Below are positions 1-8,440 of a stretch of 44,106 nucleotides of DNA, piece after piece (the first letter of the stretch is position 1; every line of letters starts with the position of its first letter). The notes under the pieces were generated by a model. The model was not told where the DNA came from. It searched no databases and saw only the letters and a list, made by a program, of their open reading frames with translations. Made by a program: the position numbers and the translations under genes. Source of the stretch: an uncultured Gammaproteobacteria bacterium (GTDB lineage: Bacteria; Patescibacteriota; Patescibacteriia; UBA9934); the NCBI GenBank assembly GCA_964499655.1, contig CAZCLT010000001.1, positions 1,647-45,752 of the forward strand, in the 5' to 3' direction.

Positions 1-1323
1 GGCCTCGAAAAACGCTGGCACCTCTTCGATCGGTCGGCGAACCACATCGGCGATTGATTGGCCGGCGATCGTAAAGAACAAAACTTCCGGCCGCAAACGC
101 GCGCCCAAACAAGCCGGGCAAAGCATGGTGCGCATGTACGTTTCGAGCTCTTTGCGAACGTAGTCGCTTTCGGTCTCACGGTATTTCGCATCGAGCAAAC
201 CGAGCACGCCTGGAAAAATTACCTCGCCCATCGGGGTTTGATATTTCTTATCGCCCGTACCGTTCAAAATGATCTCGAGCTTAGCTTTGGGGATTTTCTC
301 AATCGGCGTGCGCAAATCAAACTTCTGCTCGCGACCAACTGCTTCGAGCAAAGTCATGTACCAGGACTGATTGCCGGCAATACGGCTCCAGGGTTTCACG
401 GCGCCCTCAGCAATGGCCAAGCGCGGATTGGGAATCACTAGCTCAGGTTCCAGCACCAGCTTAATTCCCAAACCGGTACAGTCCGGACAGGCGCCGACAA
501 GTGAGTTGAACGAAAATAATCGCGGCTCAGGTTTGGGAATGCTCATTCCACCCGAAAGATGATAACCCCGAACCAGCTCTTCCTCATCACCAGTATCGTC
601 GCGGTACATGAGCAAGCGATCATTGCCCAAATCGAGCGCTTTCTCGAGGGTGGCCGTGAGCTGCTCCGGAGTCCACGGGTGGCCCAATTCCAGTCGCCCA
701 GCCACAATTTCAATGGTGTGCTCTTTAGTCTTTTGCTTTTTCATGGCGATAGCTTCCTCCAAATCCATGACCACGCCATCAAAACGCACTTCATCAAAAT
801 TCGCACTCTGCGCCGCCACCAGCACGTGCTGATGTTCGCCTTTTTGATTTTGGACCATCGGAATAAACAAAATCACTTCCCCTTTGGCCGCTGCGGCTGT
901 GACTTGCTGTAAAATTTCCGCGGTCGAGCGCTCCACAATCGGTTCGCCGGTTTGCGGGTCGTGCGGTGTGGCCACCCGAGCAAAGAGCACGCGCAAAAAA
1001 TCGTAAATCTCCGTCACCGTACCCACCGTCGAGCGTGGATTGTGCGACGAAGATTTCTGATCGATGGCGACCGTCGGCGATAAGCCGTCGATGGCATCAA
1101 CATCAGGCTTGTCTTGCAGTTCTAAAAATTGACGGGCGTAACTGGAAAGCGATTCCATGTAGCGCCGCTGACCTTCGGCGTAAATGGTATCGAAAGCGAG
1201 CGAAGATTTACCAGAACCAGACAGACCGGTGAACACCACCAGCTGATCCTTCGGAATTTCCACCGAAACGTTTTTTAAGTTGTGAACTCGTGCCCCGCGG
1301 ACCGAGAGAAATTCGTTTTTCAT
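1..1323 (-). CDS. uvrA: Excinuclease ABC subunit A (UvrA), N-terminal 441 codons; the gene continues past the window edge
   Basis: Absent from the supplied ORF track because it has no stop inside the window. My minus-strand translation from ATG 1323-1321 reads MKNEFLSVRGARVHNLKNVSVEIPKDQLVVFTGLSGSGKSSLAFDTIYAEGQRRYMESLSSYARQFL.... This contains the Walker A GLSGSGKSS and the typical UvrA N-terminus. The frame stays open to position 1. Confidence 0.9.
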   Translation of the reverse strand, partial: MKNEFLSVRGARVHNLKNVSVEIPKDQLVVFTGLSGSGKSSLAFDTIYAEGQRRYMESLSSYARQFLELQDKPDVDAIDGLSPTVAIDQKSSSHNPRSTVGTVTEIYDFLRVLFARVATPHDPQTGEPIVERSTAEILQQVTAAAAKGEVILFIPMVQNQKGEHQHVLVAAQSANFDEVRFDGVVMDLEEAIAMKKQKTKEHTIEIVAGRLELGHPWTPEQLTATLEKALDLGNDRLLMYRDDTGDEEELVRGYHLSGGMSIPKPEPRLFSFNSLVGACPDCTGLGIKLVLEPELVIPNPRLAIAEGAVKPWSRIAGNQSWYMTLLEAVGREQKFDLRTPIEKIPKAKLEIILNGTGDKKYQTPMGEVIFPGVLGLLDAKYRETESDYVRKELETYMRTMLCPACLGARLRPEVLFFTIAGQSIADVVRRPIEEVPAFFEA

Positions 1324-1417
1324 CGCGCGGACGATAGCACCGAATTCTCAAAATGACAAGACCCACATCTGGCAACTGAATAAAAGCTCCAGCTACGAGG
1401 CGCGGGTGGCAGGCAAG

Positions 1418-1440
1418 GAAACGTACTAGAACGTACGTTG
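1418..1440. promoter_or_regulatory. Possible LexA/SOS-type operator upstream of uvrA
   Basis: GAACGTACGTTG (1429-1440) resembles the Gram-positive-type GAAC-N4-GTTC box with one mismatch. AACGTAC repeats at 1420-1426 and 1430-1436. The site lies about 100 nt upstream of the uvrA ATG. Confidence 0.2.
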
Positions 1441-1492
1441 ACGATGCCTGACAGGACCCGCAACAAAGTAGATGGAGAATTTTATTCGGTTG

Positions 1493-3088
1493 CTACCAAG
1501 TTGGATTACAATCAGTTTCTGCCCCATATTTATCCTTGCACTCCATGATACCGTAGTAAGAATCGTTATTGGAACAATTAGCCACCGCCGAATCGGAAGC
1601 GGCGTATACCAGAGCAGCGGCGGCAATACACGGTCCGGTAGCTAGACCCATCGACGCTAAAGCAGCAGTTCCACAAAATGTCAGCAGGGCCGTACCAGTC
1701 AACATTTCTTTTTCAATAGTGAAGACCTGACAACTGCCGCCAGGTGGCGCTAACCCACACGGATCAGCTTCGCAAACCGTGTTGAGCAACGGGAAGGCTT
1801 CGCTAGTTTGTAAATCATCAACTTCGTTGTTGTAAATCAGACTATTCCCAGCCAACTTGGCCCAGACGTTGTCATACATGCGACAACCCATGCTGTCGCC
1901 AGCATAGGCGTCAGACAACAACAAGACACAATCCAAATTCGTGCTGTCCGAATTCGCAGGATAAACCAACTCAGCGCAGGAATCACCCACCGTGACTTCA
2001 GTCAGCGCGGTATCGTAAAACTCGCAGTAATAATGATTGGCATCGGTTGGGAACGGATCGGTGTAAAGTAAATTACCGCAGGTTGTCCGCGTCGGTGGCG
2101 GTGCATCAGGATTGGGCTGATAATCAATTAAAGCATCGTTATAAGAATCGCTACAGCTAACGCAAGCATAGCCGCCCGGCGCCGAAGCCACGCTCATGCA
2201 AGTAGCGACACCATCACTACAAGTTGAGTAAATGCACGATTGACCGGCGGTGATCGTTGACCCAGCCGCCGCTGAATCTTCAGGAATCGAAGCGACGACA
2301 CCGGTATTGCCACAAGTCGTGTCGGCACCAGTTTGCGTGATGATGACCCCAGCCGCGGCCATCGTTTCGCAAGTCGAATTAGGATCAAGGTAAACCGTTT
2401 GACGAATCTGCGGCGTGCGTAATTTATTCAGCGTTACCAAATCCGGGTCGATCAAATTCAAAATGGCGTAAGTGAACATCAATAAAATCATGCCGATGAC
2501 CGCGTTCTTAATGCGCTCCTTCGCTTTGGTAATTTTACCGCCATCGCCACGGGCCAAAGCATATTGCAAACCACCGATCATGATCATCACAATAGCTACA
2601 AGCGCGGCCGCCGGAATCAACCAGTTGTAAACCACGTTGATGTAGGTTGGAAAATCAGCTGCCTCCGTCATGTCCGTATTAGTGGTCAAATCACGAATCG
2701 CCACGCCCAAAGTGACCGGTGGCTGGGGCGCGTAACAGAAACCCTCACCAGGAATACACGATGTCTTCTGACCGCCCCAATCATATTCTAGTCCCGCGGT
2801 GTCTAGAGCCGACGAAACCTGAGTCGTGCATTCGTAGCTCGTCCAACACAACTGATTATTTTCCGGCCGTGAAGTTTCTTGCGTGTCGGTGTAACAGCCA
2901 AGCAAAGAATCACCGCTCTCTTTGCAACTGGTCTGGCAAGCCGCGACCGTTTCCTTAGAACCAATTTCCACTGCCCCGCCAGTTGTTCGGCAAAAACAGT
3001 CACAAGCCGTGCTGGTTGATGTTTGGGCCCAAACCGCCGACGGAACCAACAGTAAAACAAATGAAAAAATAATAACCAGACGTTTCAT
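1493..3088 (-). CDS. Large secreted Cys-rich protein with a central TrbC/VirB2-like (T4SS-pilin-type) two-TM module
   Basis: Signal peptide MKRLVIIFSFVLLLVPSAVWA and 30 Cys by my count. The core VYNWLIPAAALVAIVMIMIGG...AKERIKNAVIGMILLMFTYAILNLI resembles the T4SS-pilin domain seen in CPR proteins. There is a further C-terminal hydrophobic segment. I moved the start from the track's 3106 to ATG 3088, which has a TACAAT box 8 nt upstream. Confidence 0.6.
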   Translation of the reverse strand: MKRLVIIFSFVLLLVPSAVWAQTSTSTACDCFCRTTGGAVEIGSKETVAACQTSCKESGDSLLGCYTDTQETSRPENNQLCWTSYECTTQVSSALDTAGLEYDWGGQKTSCIPGEGFCYAPQPPVTLGVAIRDLTTNTDMTEAADFPTYINVVYNWLIPAAALVAIVMIMIGGLQYALARGDGGKITKAKERIKNAVIGMILLMFTYAILNLIDPDLVTLNKLRTPQIRQTVYLDPNSTCETMAAAGVIITQTGADTTCGNTGVVASIPEDSAAAGSTITAGQSCIYSTCSDGVATCMSVASAPGGYACVSCSDSYNDALIDYQPNPDAPPPTRTTCGNLLYTDPFPTDANHYYCEFYDTALTEVTVGDSCAELVYPANSDSTNLDCVLLLSDAYAGDSMGCRMYDNVWAKLAGNSLIYNNEVDDLQTSEAFPLLNTVCEADPCGLAPPGGSCQVFTIEKEMLTGTALLTFCGTAALASMGLATGPCIAAAALVYAASDSAVANCSNNDSYYGIMECKDKYGAETDCNPTW

Positions 3089-3096
3089 ACGCAGAT

Positions 3097-3102
3097 ATTG
3101 TA
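3097..3102 (-). promoter_or_regulatory. -10 box (TACAAT) 8 nt upstream of the Cys-rich protein ATG; leaderless-type
   Basis: Reverse complement of 3089-3102 is TACAATATCTGCGT followed by ATG. No SD. Confidence 0.4.
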
Positions 3103-3119
3103 TCATCGTGCTATGATGA

Positions 3120-3148
3120 TTGACGAACAGTCCGCCTTTTGATAGCCT
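3120..3148 (+). promoter_or_regulatory. Candidate promoter of secG (TTGACG-17-TAGCCT)
   Basis: TTGACG 3120-3125, 17-nt spacer, TAGCCT 3143-3148. The ATG follows 9 nt later with no SD. Confidence 0.4.
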
Positions 3149-3157
3149 AGTGCCACT

Positions 3158-3373
3158 ATGATTTTGAACATCGTTCAGTTGATTTTAGCTGGTTTACTCA
3201 GCGCGATGGTCCTATTACAAGCCCGTGGAGCGGGTTTAGGCTCAGCTTTTGGCGGCAGTGGTAACGTCTTCCGTACCCGCCGCGGTTTAGAAAAAAAATT
3301 ACAGGTCGGCACCGTTGTTATCGCTATTCTTTTCTTCGGGACCGCGCTAGCGAACGTTTTATTTGATTTGTAA
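3158..3373 (+). CDS. secG: Preprotein translocase subunit SecG
   Basis: 71 aa with two TM segments and the Gly-rich loop LLQARGAGLGSAFGGSGNVFRTRRG typical of SecG. Its stop overlaps the next start (TAATG). Confidence 0.8.
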   Translation: MILNIVQLILAGLLSAMVLLQARGAGLGSAFGGSGNVFRTRRGLEKKLQVGTVVIAILFFGTALANVLFDL

Positions 3374-5184
3374 TGTCGATCAAAAACAAATTTTCAAAAT
3401 TCTTCGGCCCTGGTCGCGCGAAACGCGCCGACTCGTCTCTTGCCGTCTCGCAGGTAATGTCCGCGCGTAAAATGCGCAAATTGCCGACGATCACCCAGCT
3501 ACGCCACTTACCAGAACTGCTTTCGCCGATTGAAAAAAAGATCGCCTTGGTCGGTCTTGGCTTACTCTTAATCGGAGCCGTACTACTTGGTACCCGGTTA
3601 TGGAACGCTGGTCGCAACATTCTGCCCGACGTTGGCGGTGAATACACCGAAGGCTTGGTCGGCGCGCCACAATTAATCAACCCGATCTATGCCATTAGTT
3701 CAGACGTGGACATGGATTTAGAACGGTTGATCTTTAGCGGCCTAATGAAATACGACCCAGCTCAAGGCCTAATCACTGATTTGGCGGAGAGTTACCAAAT
3801 TTCGGATGATCACAAAATTTATACTTTCACTCTGCGCGAAGACGCCCGTTGGCAAGACGGTTCCCCGGTTCTAGCCAGCGATGTCCTATTCACGATCAGC
3901 GCAATTCAAAACCGCGAGTACCGTTCGCCGTTGTTCGTGAGCTGGAGCGGCGTGCAAGCCGAACAGATCGATGATCGAACAATTCGCTTTACTTTATCCG
4001 AACCGTTCGCGCCTTTCCTCTCGCTCAACACAGTTGGTCTGTTGCCAGCGCATATTTGGCAAGATGTTAATCCAGCCAACGCTCAGCTAACCGAGCTCAA
4101 TAAAAAGCCAATTGGTTCTGGCCCATACGAATTCGAAAAACTCGCCAAAGACGCTAAAGGAACCATCAAATCTTACACTCTAAAGCGAAATGCCGATTAT
4201 TACGGCGGCACTGCCTACATCGAACGCCTGCACTTCAAATTCTACGGCGACAATAACGAAGCTTTAGTTGCGCTTAAAAACCGCCAAGTGGAAGGTTTGG
4301 GATTTGTGCCACTCGACGAAACTACTTCGCTGAGCCACGACCGTGATTTACAGATCATCTACCCGTCATTGCCCCAGTACACAGCCATTTTCTTCAATTC
4401 CAAACGCCAACCAAACCTCACTGACGCGCTAGTGCGTGAAGCTTTGACTTTGGCCACGGACAAAAACACTATCATCCAAAAAGCACTTTACGGACACGGC
4501 CAACCGATTAACTCATTCATTTTGCCAGGCGCGATTGGTTACTACCCAGAAATAAAAACAATCAATTTTGATTTAGCTGGCGCTCAAGCCAAATTAGACG
4601 CGGCCGGCTGGACAGTGCCTGAGGGTGGCACCATCCGCAAAAAGGGAGAGGCTTCACTCTCTTTAGAATTAGTGACTTTAGATGCTTCAGAATTGGTAGC
4701 CGCGGCCAATGAACTGCGATCGCAGTGGGCACAGGCCGGCGTGGAACTAAACGTCAAAATTGTACCAGCTGCCCAATTCCAAAACGAAATTCTAAAAAAT
4801 CGATCGTACGATTTAGTACTTTCGGGCGAACTTTACGGCATCGATACCGATCCCTACGCCTTCTGGCATTCTTCGCAGGCTACCTACCCCGGACTCAACC
4901 TGGCGCAATACGCCAATCGCAAATCCGATGAAGCGATTGAGAAGGCTCGCTCAACCACCAACACCGATGAACGCGCCACGGCCTACAAAGAACTGCAAGA
5001 TCAGGTTGGTGAATCGCTTTCGGCTATCTTCCTCTATCAACCAAACTATTCGTACGTCATTACCAAAAAGGTACAGAACGTGAACATCACACAGGTTGTG
5101 GTGCCGGCCGACCGTTTCGCTAATGTGAACACTTGGTACCTGAAGACTAAAAAAGTGTTCAAAACCTCAGAAACCGCCCAGTAA
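3373..5184 (+). CDS. ABC transporter substrate-binding protein, family 5 (peptide/nickel type), membrane-anchored
   Basis: 603 aa with an N-terminal TM anchor. The body resembles OppA/DppA-type SBPs (YTFTLREDARWQDGSPV..., GSGPYEF). Confidence 0.75.
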   Translation: MSIKNKFSKFFGPGRAKRADSSLAVSQVMSARKMRKLPTITQLRHLPELLSPIEKKIALVGLGLLLIGAVLLGTRLWNAGRNILPDVGGEYTEGLVGAPQLINPIYAISSDVDMDLERLIFSGLMKYDPAQGLITDLAESYQISDDHKIYTFTLREDARWQDGSPVLASDVLFTISAIQNREYRSPLFVSWSGVQAEQIDDRTIRFTLSEPFAPFLSLNTVGLLPAHIWQDVNPANAQLTELNKKPIGSGPYEFEKLAKDAKGTIKSYTLKRNADYYGGTAYIERLHFKFYGDNNEALVALKNRQVEGLGFVPLDETTSLSHDRDLQIIYPSLPQYTAIFFNSKRQPNLTDALVREALTLATDKNTIIQKALYGHGQPINSFILPGAIGYYPEIKTINFDLAGAQAKLDAAGWTVPEGGTIRKKGEASLSLELVTLDASELVAAANELRSQWAQAGVELNVKIVPAAQFQNEILKNRSYDLVLSGELYGIDTDPYAFWHSSQATYPGLNLAQYANRKSDEAIEKARSTTNTDERATAYKELQDQVGESLSAIFLYQPNYSYVITKKVQNVNITQVVVPADRFANVNTWYLKTKKVFKTSETAQ

Positions 5185-5213
5185 TTGACGGTTAGGCCCA
5201 GAAATGCTATTCT
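5185..5213 (+). promoter_or_regulatory. Candidate promoter for tRNA-Leu (TTGACG-17-TATTCT)
   Basis: TTGACG 5185-5190, 17-nt spacer, TATTCT 5208-5213, about 36 nt before the tRNA 5' end. Confidence 0.3.
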
Positions 5214-5249
5214 TCGGCCAATTGAAAGGCGACAAACTTGGGTATATTT

Positions 5250-5334
5250 GGGCAAGTGGCGGAATTGGTATACGCGTACGTCTCAGAAGCGTATGTCGAA
5301 AGACTTGAGGGTTCGAGTCCCTCCTTGCCCACCA
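5250..5334 (+). tRNA. tRNA-Leu (anticodon CAG), type II with long variable arm and encoded CCA
   Basis: Folded by hand. Acceptor GGGCAAG/CTTGCCC. Anticodon stem TACGT/GCGTA with loop CTCAGAA. Variable arm GTC-GAAA-GAC. T arm GAGGG-TTCGAGT-CCCTC. Discriminator A plus CCA. Confidence 0.92.
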
Positions 5335-5514
5335 CCGAGCTTAGCTCGGTTGTTCCAAGAAGACCAAAGCTAAGCTTTGGTAAGACAACAATGCAGAATA
5401 GCTGAGCGAGGTGACAGGCCAGCTGAGCTGGTCCAGAGATGACGAATCGATTTTTCTTGAATTAATTTCGAGGCACTACGATTATCCATCTCAGTTAAGT
5501 AATTTTTTGTTTTT

Positions 5515-7293
5515 ATGGTAGAGAAAAAACCGTTTAAGCGACCAGCTCCTGGTCGCCGTCCGTTCTTTAAGAAACCCGGCGCTCCTGCTGGCGCCCCGAT
5601 GCCCGTCAAATCAACGACCGTACTCGGCCCGGCCGATGATTGTGTTCGCGTCATCGTGCTCGGTGGCTTGGAGGAAGTTGGTCGCAACTGCACGCTGATC
5701 GAATACAAGAACGACATCATCATCGTAGACTTGGGTTTGCAGTTCCCAGACGAAGACATGCCCGGCGTGGATTACATCATCCCGAACATGACTTACCTCA
5801 AAGGTAAGGAAAAAAATGTTCGTGGCGTGATTATTACTCACGGCCACTATGATCACATCGGCGCTATTCCGCACACCGTGCCGTACATTGGCAATCCCCC
5901 AGTTTACGCACTACCCGTGGCCGCTGGGATCATCAAAAAGCGTCAGGATGATTTTCGCAGCGCGCACGTGAACGTGAAGGTGATCACCATCGATTCCGAG
6001 TTGCAACTCGGCGCCTTTAAAGTTCATTTCTTCCACATCAACCACAACATCCCCGATTCGGCCGGCATCATTATCGAAACGCCGCACGGCACTATTTGCC
6101 ACACCGGTGACTGGAAGTTTGATTATCACCCAGTGGGCGCCAAACCAGCTGATTTGCACAAAATCGCTCGCGTTGGTGAAAAAGGCGTCACCTTGCTGAT
6201 GGGCGACTCAACGAACGCTGATCGCCATGGTCATCAAACGTCGGAGGCGGTGATCGGTGAAGAGCTGAAAAACGTTTTGGAAAAGGCACCAGGACGCGTA
6301 ATCATCGGGACTTTCGCTTCCCTGCTTTCACGCGTCAAACAAATTCTGGAAATCTCGGAAATGCTTGGCCGCAAAGTGGCGCTCGATGGCTATTCGATGA
6401 AAACCAACGTCGAAATCGCCAAAGAGCTAGGCTTCATTCACATCAGCCCCAAATCTTTAATCCCGATTGAATCGGTCAACGAATATCCAGACAACAAAGT
6501 CACGATTGTCTGTACTGGTGCTCAGGGTGAAAAGCAGGCGGCGCTCAATCGCATTGCCACCGATGATCACCGCTCAGTGCGTGTAAAACGCGGCGATACC
6601 GTGATTTTCTCGAGCTCGGTCATTCCAGGCAACGAAGCTTCGGTGCAACGCCTGAAGGATATTTTCTACCGCAAACGCGCCAAAGTAATCCACAAAGACA
6701 TCATGGATGTGCACGCCGGTGGTCATGCCAAAAAGGAAGATATCAAGCTGATGCTCACTCTCTTCAAGCCAAAATTCTACATGCCGATTGAAGGCAACCA
6801 CTTCTTACTGCGTGAAAACGCGGAAGTGGCCTACTCGATGGGCTGGAACGAAAGCAACACTTTCGTGGCTGATAACGGCCAGGTGGTGGAACTACGAAAT
6901 GGCGTGGCGAAACTGACCGAAACTAAAGTCCTGACCGACTACGTCTTCGTTGACGGTCTCGGCGTGGGCGATGTTTCGCAGGTGGTGCTGCGCGATCGCG
7001 TGGCTTTGGCTGATGACGGTATCGTCGTGGTGATCACTCAAGTGGAAAAGAAAACTGGCAAGCTTTACGGCGAGCCAGATGTCGTGAGTCGCGGCTTTGT
7101 GCAGATGCGCGACAACAAGGAATTGATGACTGAAACTCGCGCCTTGATCGCCAAAATCGTCGTCGGCCATGATCTGTCCACGCCGGTTGATCCGGAGACG
7201 ATCAAAGCCGCCATCCGCGACGAAGTCGGTAAACTCCTCTTCAAAAAGACGGAGCGACGCCCAATGGTTCTGCCAGTGTTGATGGAAGTCTAA
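5515..7293 (+). CDS. rnj: Ribonuclease J (metallo-beta-lactamase / beta-CASP family)
   Basis: 592 aa with HGHYDHIGAIP (the HxHxDH motif) and beta-CASP-like middle and C-terminal domains. There is a basic N-terminal extension. Confidence 0.88.
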   Translation: MVEKKPFKRPAPGRRPFFKKPGAPAGAPMPVKSTTVLGPADDCVRVIVLGGLEEVGRNCTLIEYKNDIIIVDLGLQFPDEDMPGVDYIIPNMTYLKGKEKNVRGVIITHGHYDHIGAIPHTVPYIGNPPVYALPVAAGIIKKRQDDFRSAHVNVKVITIDSELQLGAFKVHFFHINHNIPDSAGIIIETPHGTICHTGDWKFDYHPVGAKPADLHKIARVGEKGVTLLMGDSTNADRHGHQTSEAVIGEELKNVLEKAPGRVIIGTFASLLSRVKQILEISEMLGRKVALDGYSMKTNVEIAKELGFIHISPKSLIPIESVNEYPDNKVTIVCTGAQGEKQAALNRIATDDHRSVRVKRGDTVIFSSSVIPGNEASVQRLKDIFYRKRAKVIHKDIMDVHAGGHAKKEDIKLMLTLFKPKFYMPIEGNHFLLRENAEVAYSMGWNESNTFVADNGQVVELRNGVAKLTETKVLTDYVFVDGLGVGDVSQVVLRDRVALADDGIVVVITQVEKKTGKLYGEPDVVSRGFVQMRDNKELMTETRALIAKIVVGHDLSTPVDPETIKAAIRDEVGKLLFKKTERRPMVLPVLMEV

Positions 7294-7306
7294 TTACCAA
7301 ACAAAC

Positions 7307-7333
7307 ACGAGGGACAAAATCCCTCGTTTTGTT
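7307..7333 (+). terminator. Intrinsic terminator after rnj
   Basis: ACGAGGGA-caaaa-TCCCTCGT followed by TTTTGTT. Confidence 0.8.
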
Positions 7334-7338
7334 ATACT
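7330..7338 (+). promoter_or_regulatory. Extended -10 (TGtTATACT) 7 nt upstream of the trpS ATG; leaderless-type
   Basis: TATACT at 7333-7338, ATG at 7346, no SD between them. Confidence 0.45.
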
Positions 7339-7345
7339 GACGGAT

Positions 7346-8326
7346 ATGCGTGTTTTAACCGGCATCCAACCTACTAACATCCTGCACCTCGGCAACTTGT
7401 TCGGCGCGCTTAAGCCAGCTGTGGCTATGCAAGGCGAGCATGAATTGCACATGATGATCGCTGATTATCATGCGATTACCGTGCCGCAGGATCCAGACAC
7501 ACTCCACGACAACATTTTGTTCGTCGCGGCCGCTTATTTGGCCGCCGGCATTGATCCGAAAAAGACGATCATTTTCCAGCAGTCGCAAGTGCCGGCCCAC
7601 ACCGAACTGGCCTGGATCATGCAGACGCAAACCCGGATCGGCGAAGCGGAGCGAATGACCCAGTTCAAGGATAAATCCGGTGGCAAAGCCGAAAAAGTTT
7701 CCGTTGGCTTGTTCACCTACCCAATGCTGATGGCCGCGGATATTTTACTTTACGATACCCAAGCCGTACCGGTGGGCGCCGACCAGAAACAACACGTCGA
7801 ATTAACTCGCGATCTAGCCGAACGCTTCAACAAAGAATACGGTGCCACCTTCACCCTGCCCGAGCCGCTGATTAGAGCGCATGGCGCCCGAATCAAATCG
7901 CTAACCGAGCCGGAAAAAAAGATGAGCAAGAGCTCGCCCAATGCCAAAAGCTATCTTTCAATCATGGACGACGCTGATCTGATTGCCAAGAAAATTCGCT
8001 CAGCCGTAACCGATTCCGAGCCGGGCATTACCGTGGATGATCGTCGCGAGGGACTCAAAAATCTGTTGACCTTGATGAGTCTGGTCACTGGCGAAACCCT
8101 GCCAGATATCGCCGCTCGGTACGCTACTGGCGGCATGAAAAACCTCAAAGACGATTTGGCTGAAGCGGTAATCATTTACCTCAAACCGCTCCAAGCCGAA
8201 ATCACCGGTTGGCTCGAAAATCAGGCCGAACTCAAGGAAATCATCAAAATCGGCTCTGGGGCCGCCGCCGAAATTGCCGACGCTAAAATGGCCCTAATCC
8301 GCTCTAGAATCGGGGTTAAAATCTAG
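7346..8326 (+). CDS. trpS: Tryptophan--tRNA ligase
   Basis: 326 aa. N-terminus GIQPTNILHLGNLFGA (HIGH-type), KMSKS present, class Ic length. Confidence 0.92.
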   Translation: MRVLTGIQPTNILHLGNLFGALKPAVAMQGEHELHMMIADYHAITVPQDPDTLHDNILFVAAAYLAAGIDPKKTIIFQQSQVPAHTELAWIMQTQTRIGEAERMTQFKDKSGGKAEKVSVGLFTYPMLMAADILLYDTQAVPVGADQKQHVELTRDLAERFNKEYGATFTLPEPLIRAHGARIKSLTEPEKKMSKSSPNAKSYLSIMDDADLIAKKIRSAVTDSEPGITVDDRREGLKNLLTLMSLVTGETLPDIAARYATGGMKNLKDDLAEAVIIYLKPLQAEITGWLENQAELKEIIKIGSGAAAEIADAKMALIRSRIGVKI

Positions 8327-8332
8327 TTTGCA

Positions 8333-8361
8333 TTGACATAATTGAAAAAGTCACATACTAT
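8333..8361 (+). promoter_or_regulatory. Near-consensus sigma70-type promoter (TTGACA-17-TACTAT) driving the high-GC cassette
   Basis: TTGACA 8333-8338, exactly 17 nt of spacer, TACTAT 8356-8361. The composition shifts to high G+C at 8362. Confidence 0.5.
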
Positions 8362-8440
8362 CCCGGCGTCACCCACTTTGGGGCGACCGGCAATTTTGCC
8401 GTCCTGTTCAACAGTCCGCAGTCCTGATCGGAGTCCACCA

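Noticed and set aside
58-1232. Plus-strand ORFs at 58-441, 371-562, 559-912, 608-832 and 966-1232
   Set aside because: All are antisense to, or out of frame with, the clear uvrA reading frame on the minus strand.
5222-5248. A second promoter-like pair, TTGAAA-15-TATATT, just before tRNA-Leu
   Set aside because: The -10 box ends 2 nt before the mature tRNA 5' end, so transcription would start inside the tRNA. The spacer is also short.
5185-5373. A 62-aa ORF overlapping tRNA-Leu, and the 129-aa minus-strand ORF at 5370-5759
   Set aside because: The first reads through a well-folded tRNA. The second is antisense to the rnj start region and has low-complexity content.
8342-8440. The track's TTG start (8342) for the high-GC ORF
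   Set aside because: The TTG lies inside the promoter spacer. The first 33 codons show no G/C third-position bias. The bias begins at GTG 8441, which also has a GGAG 7 nt upstream.
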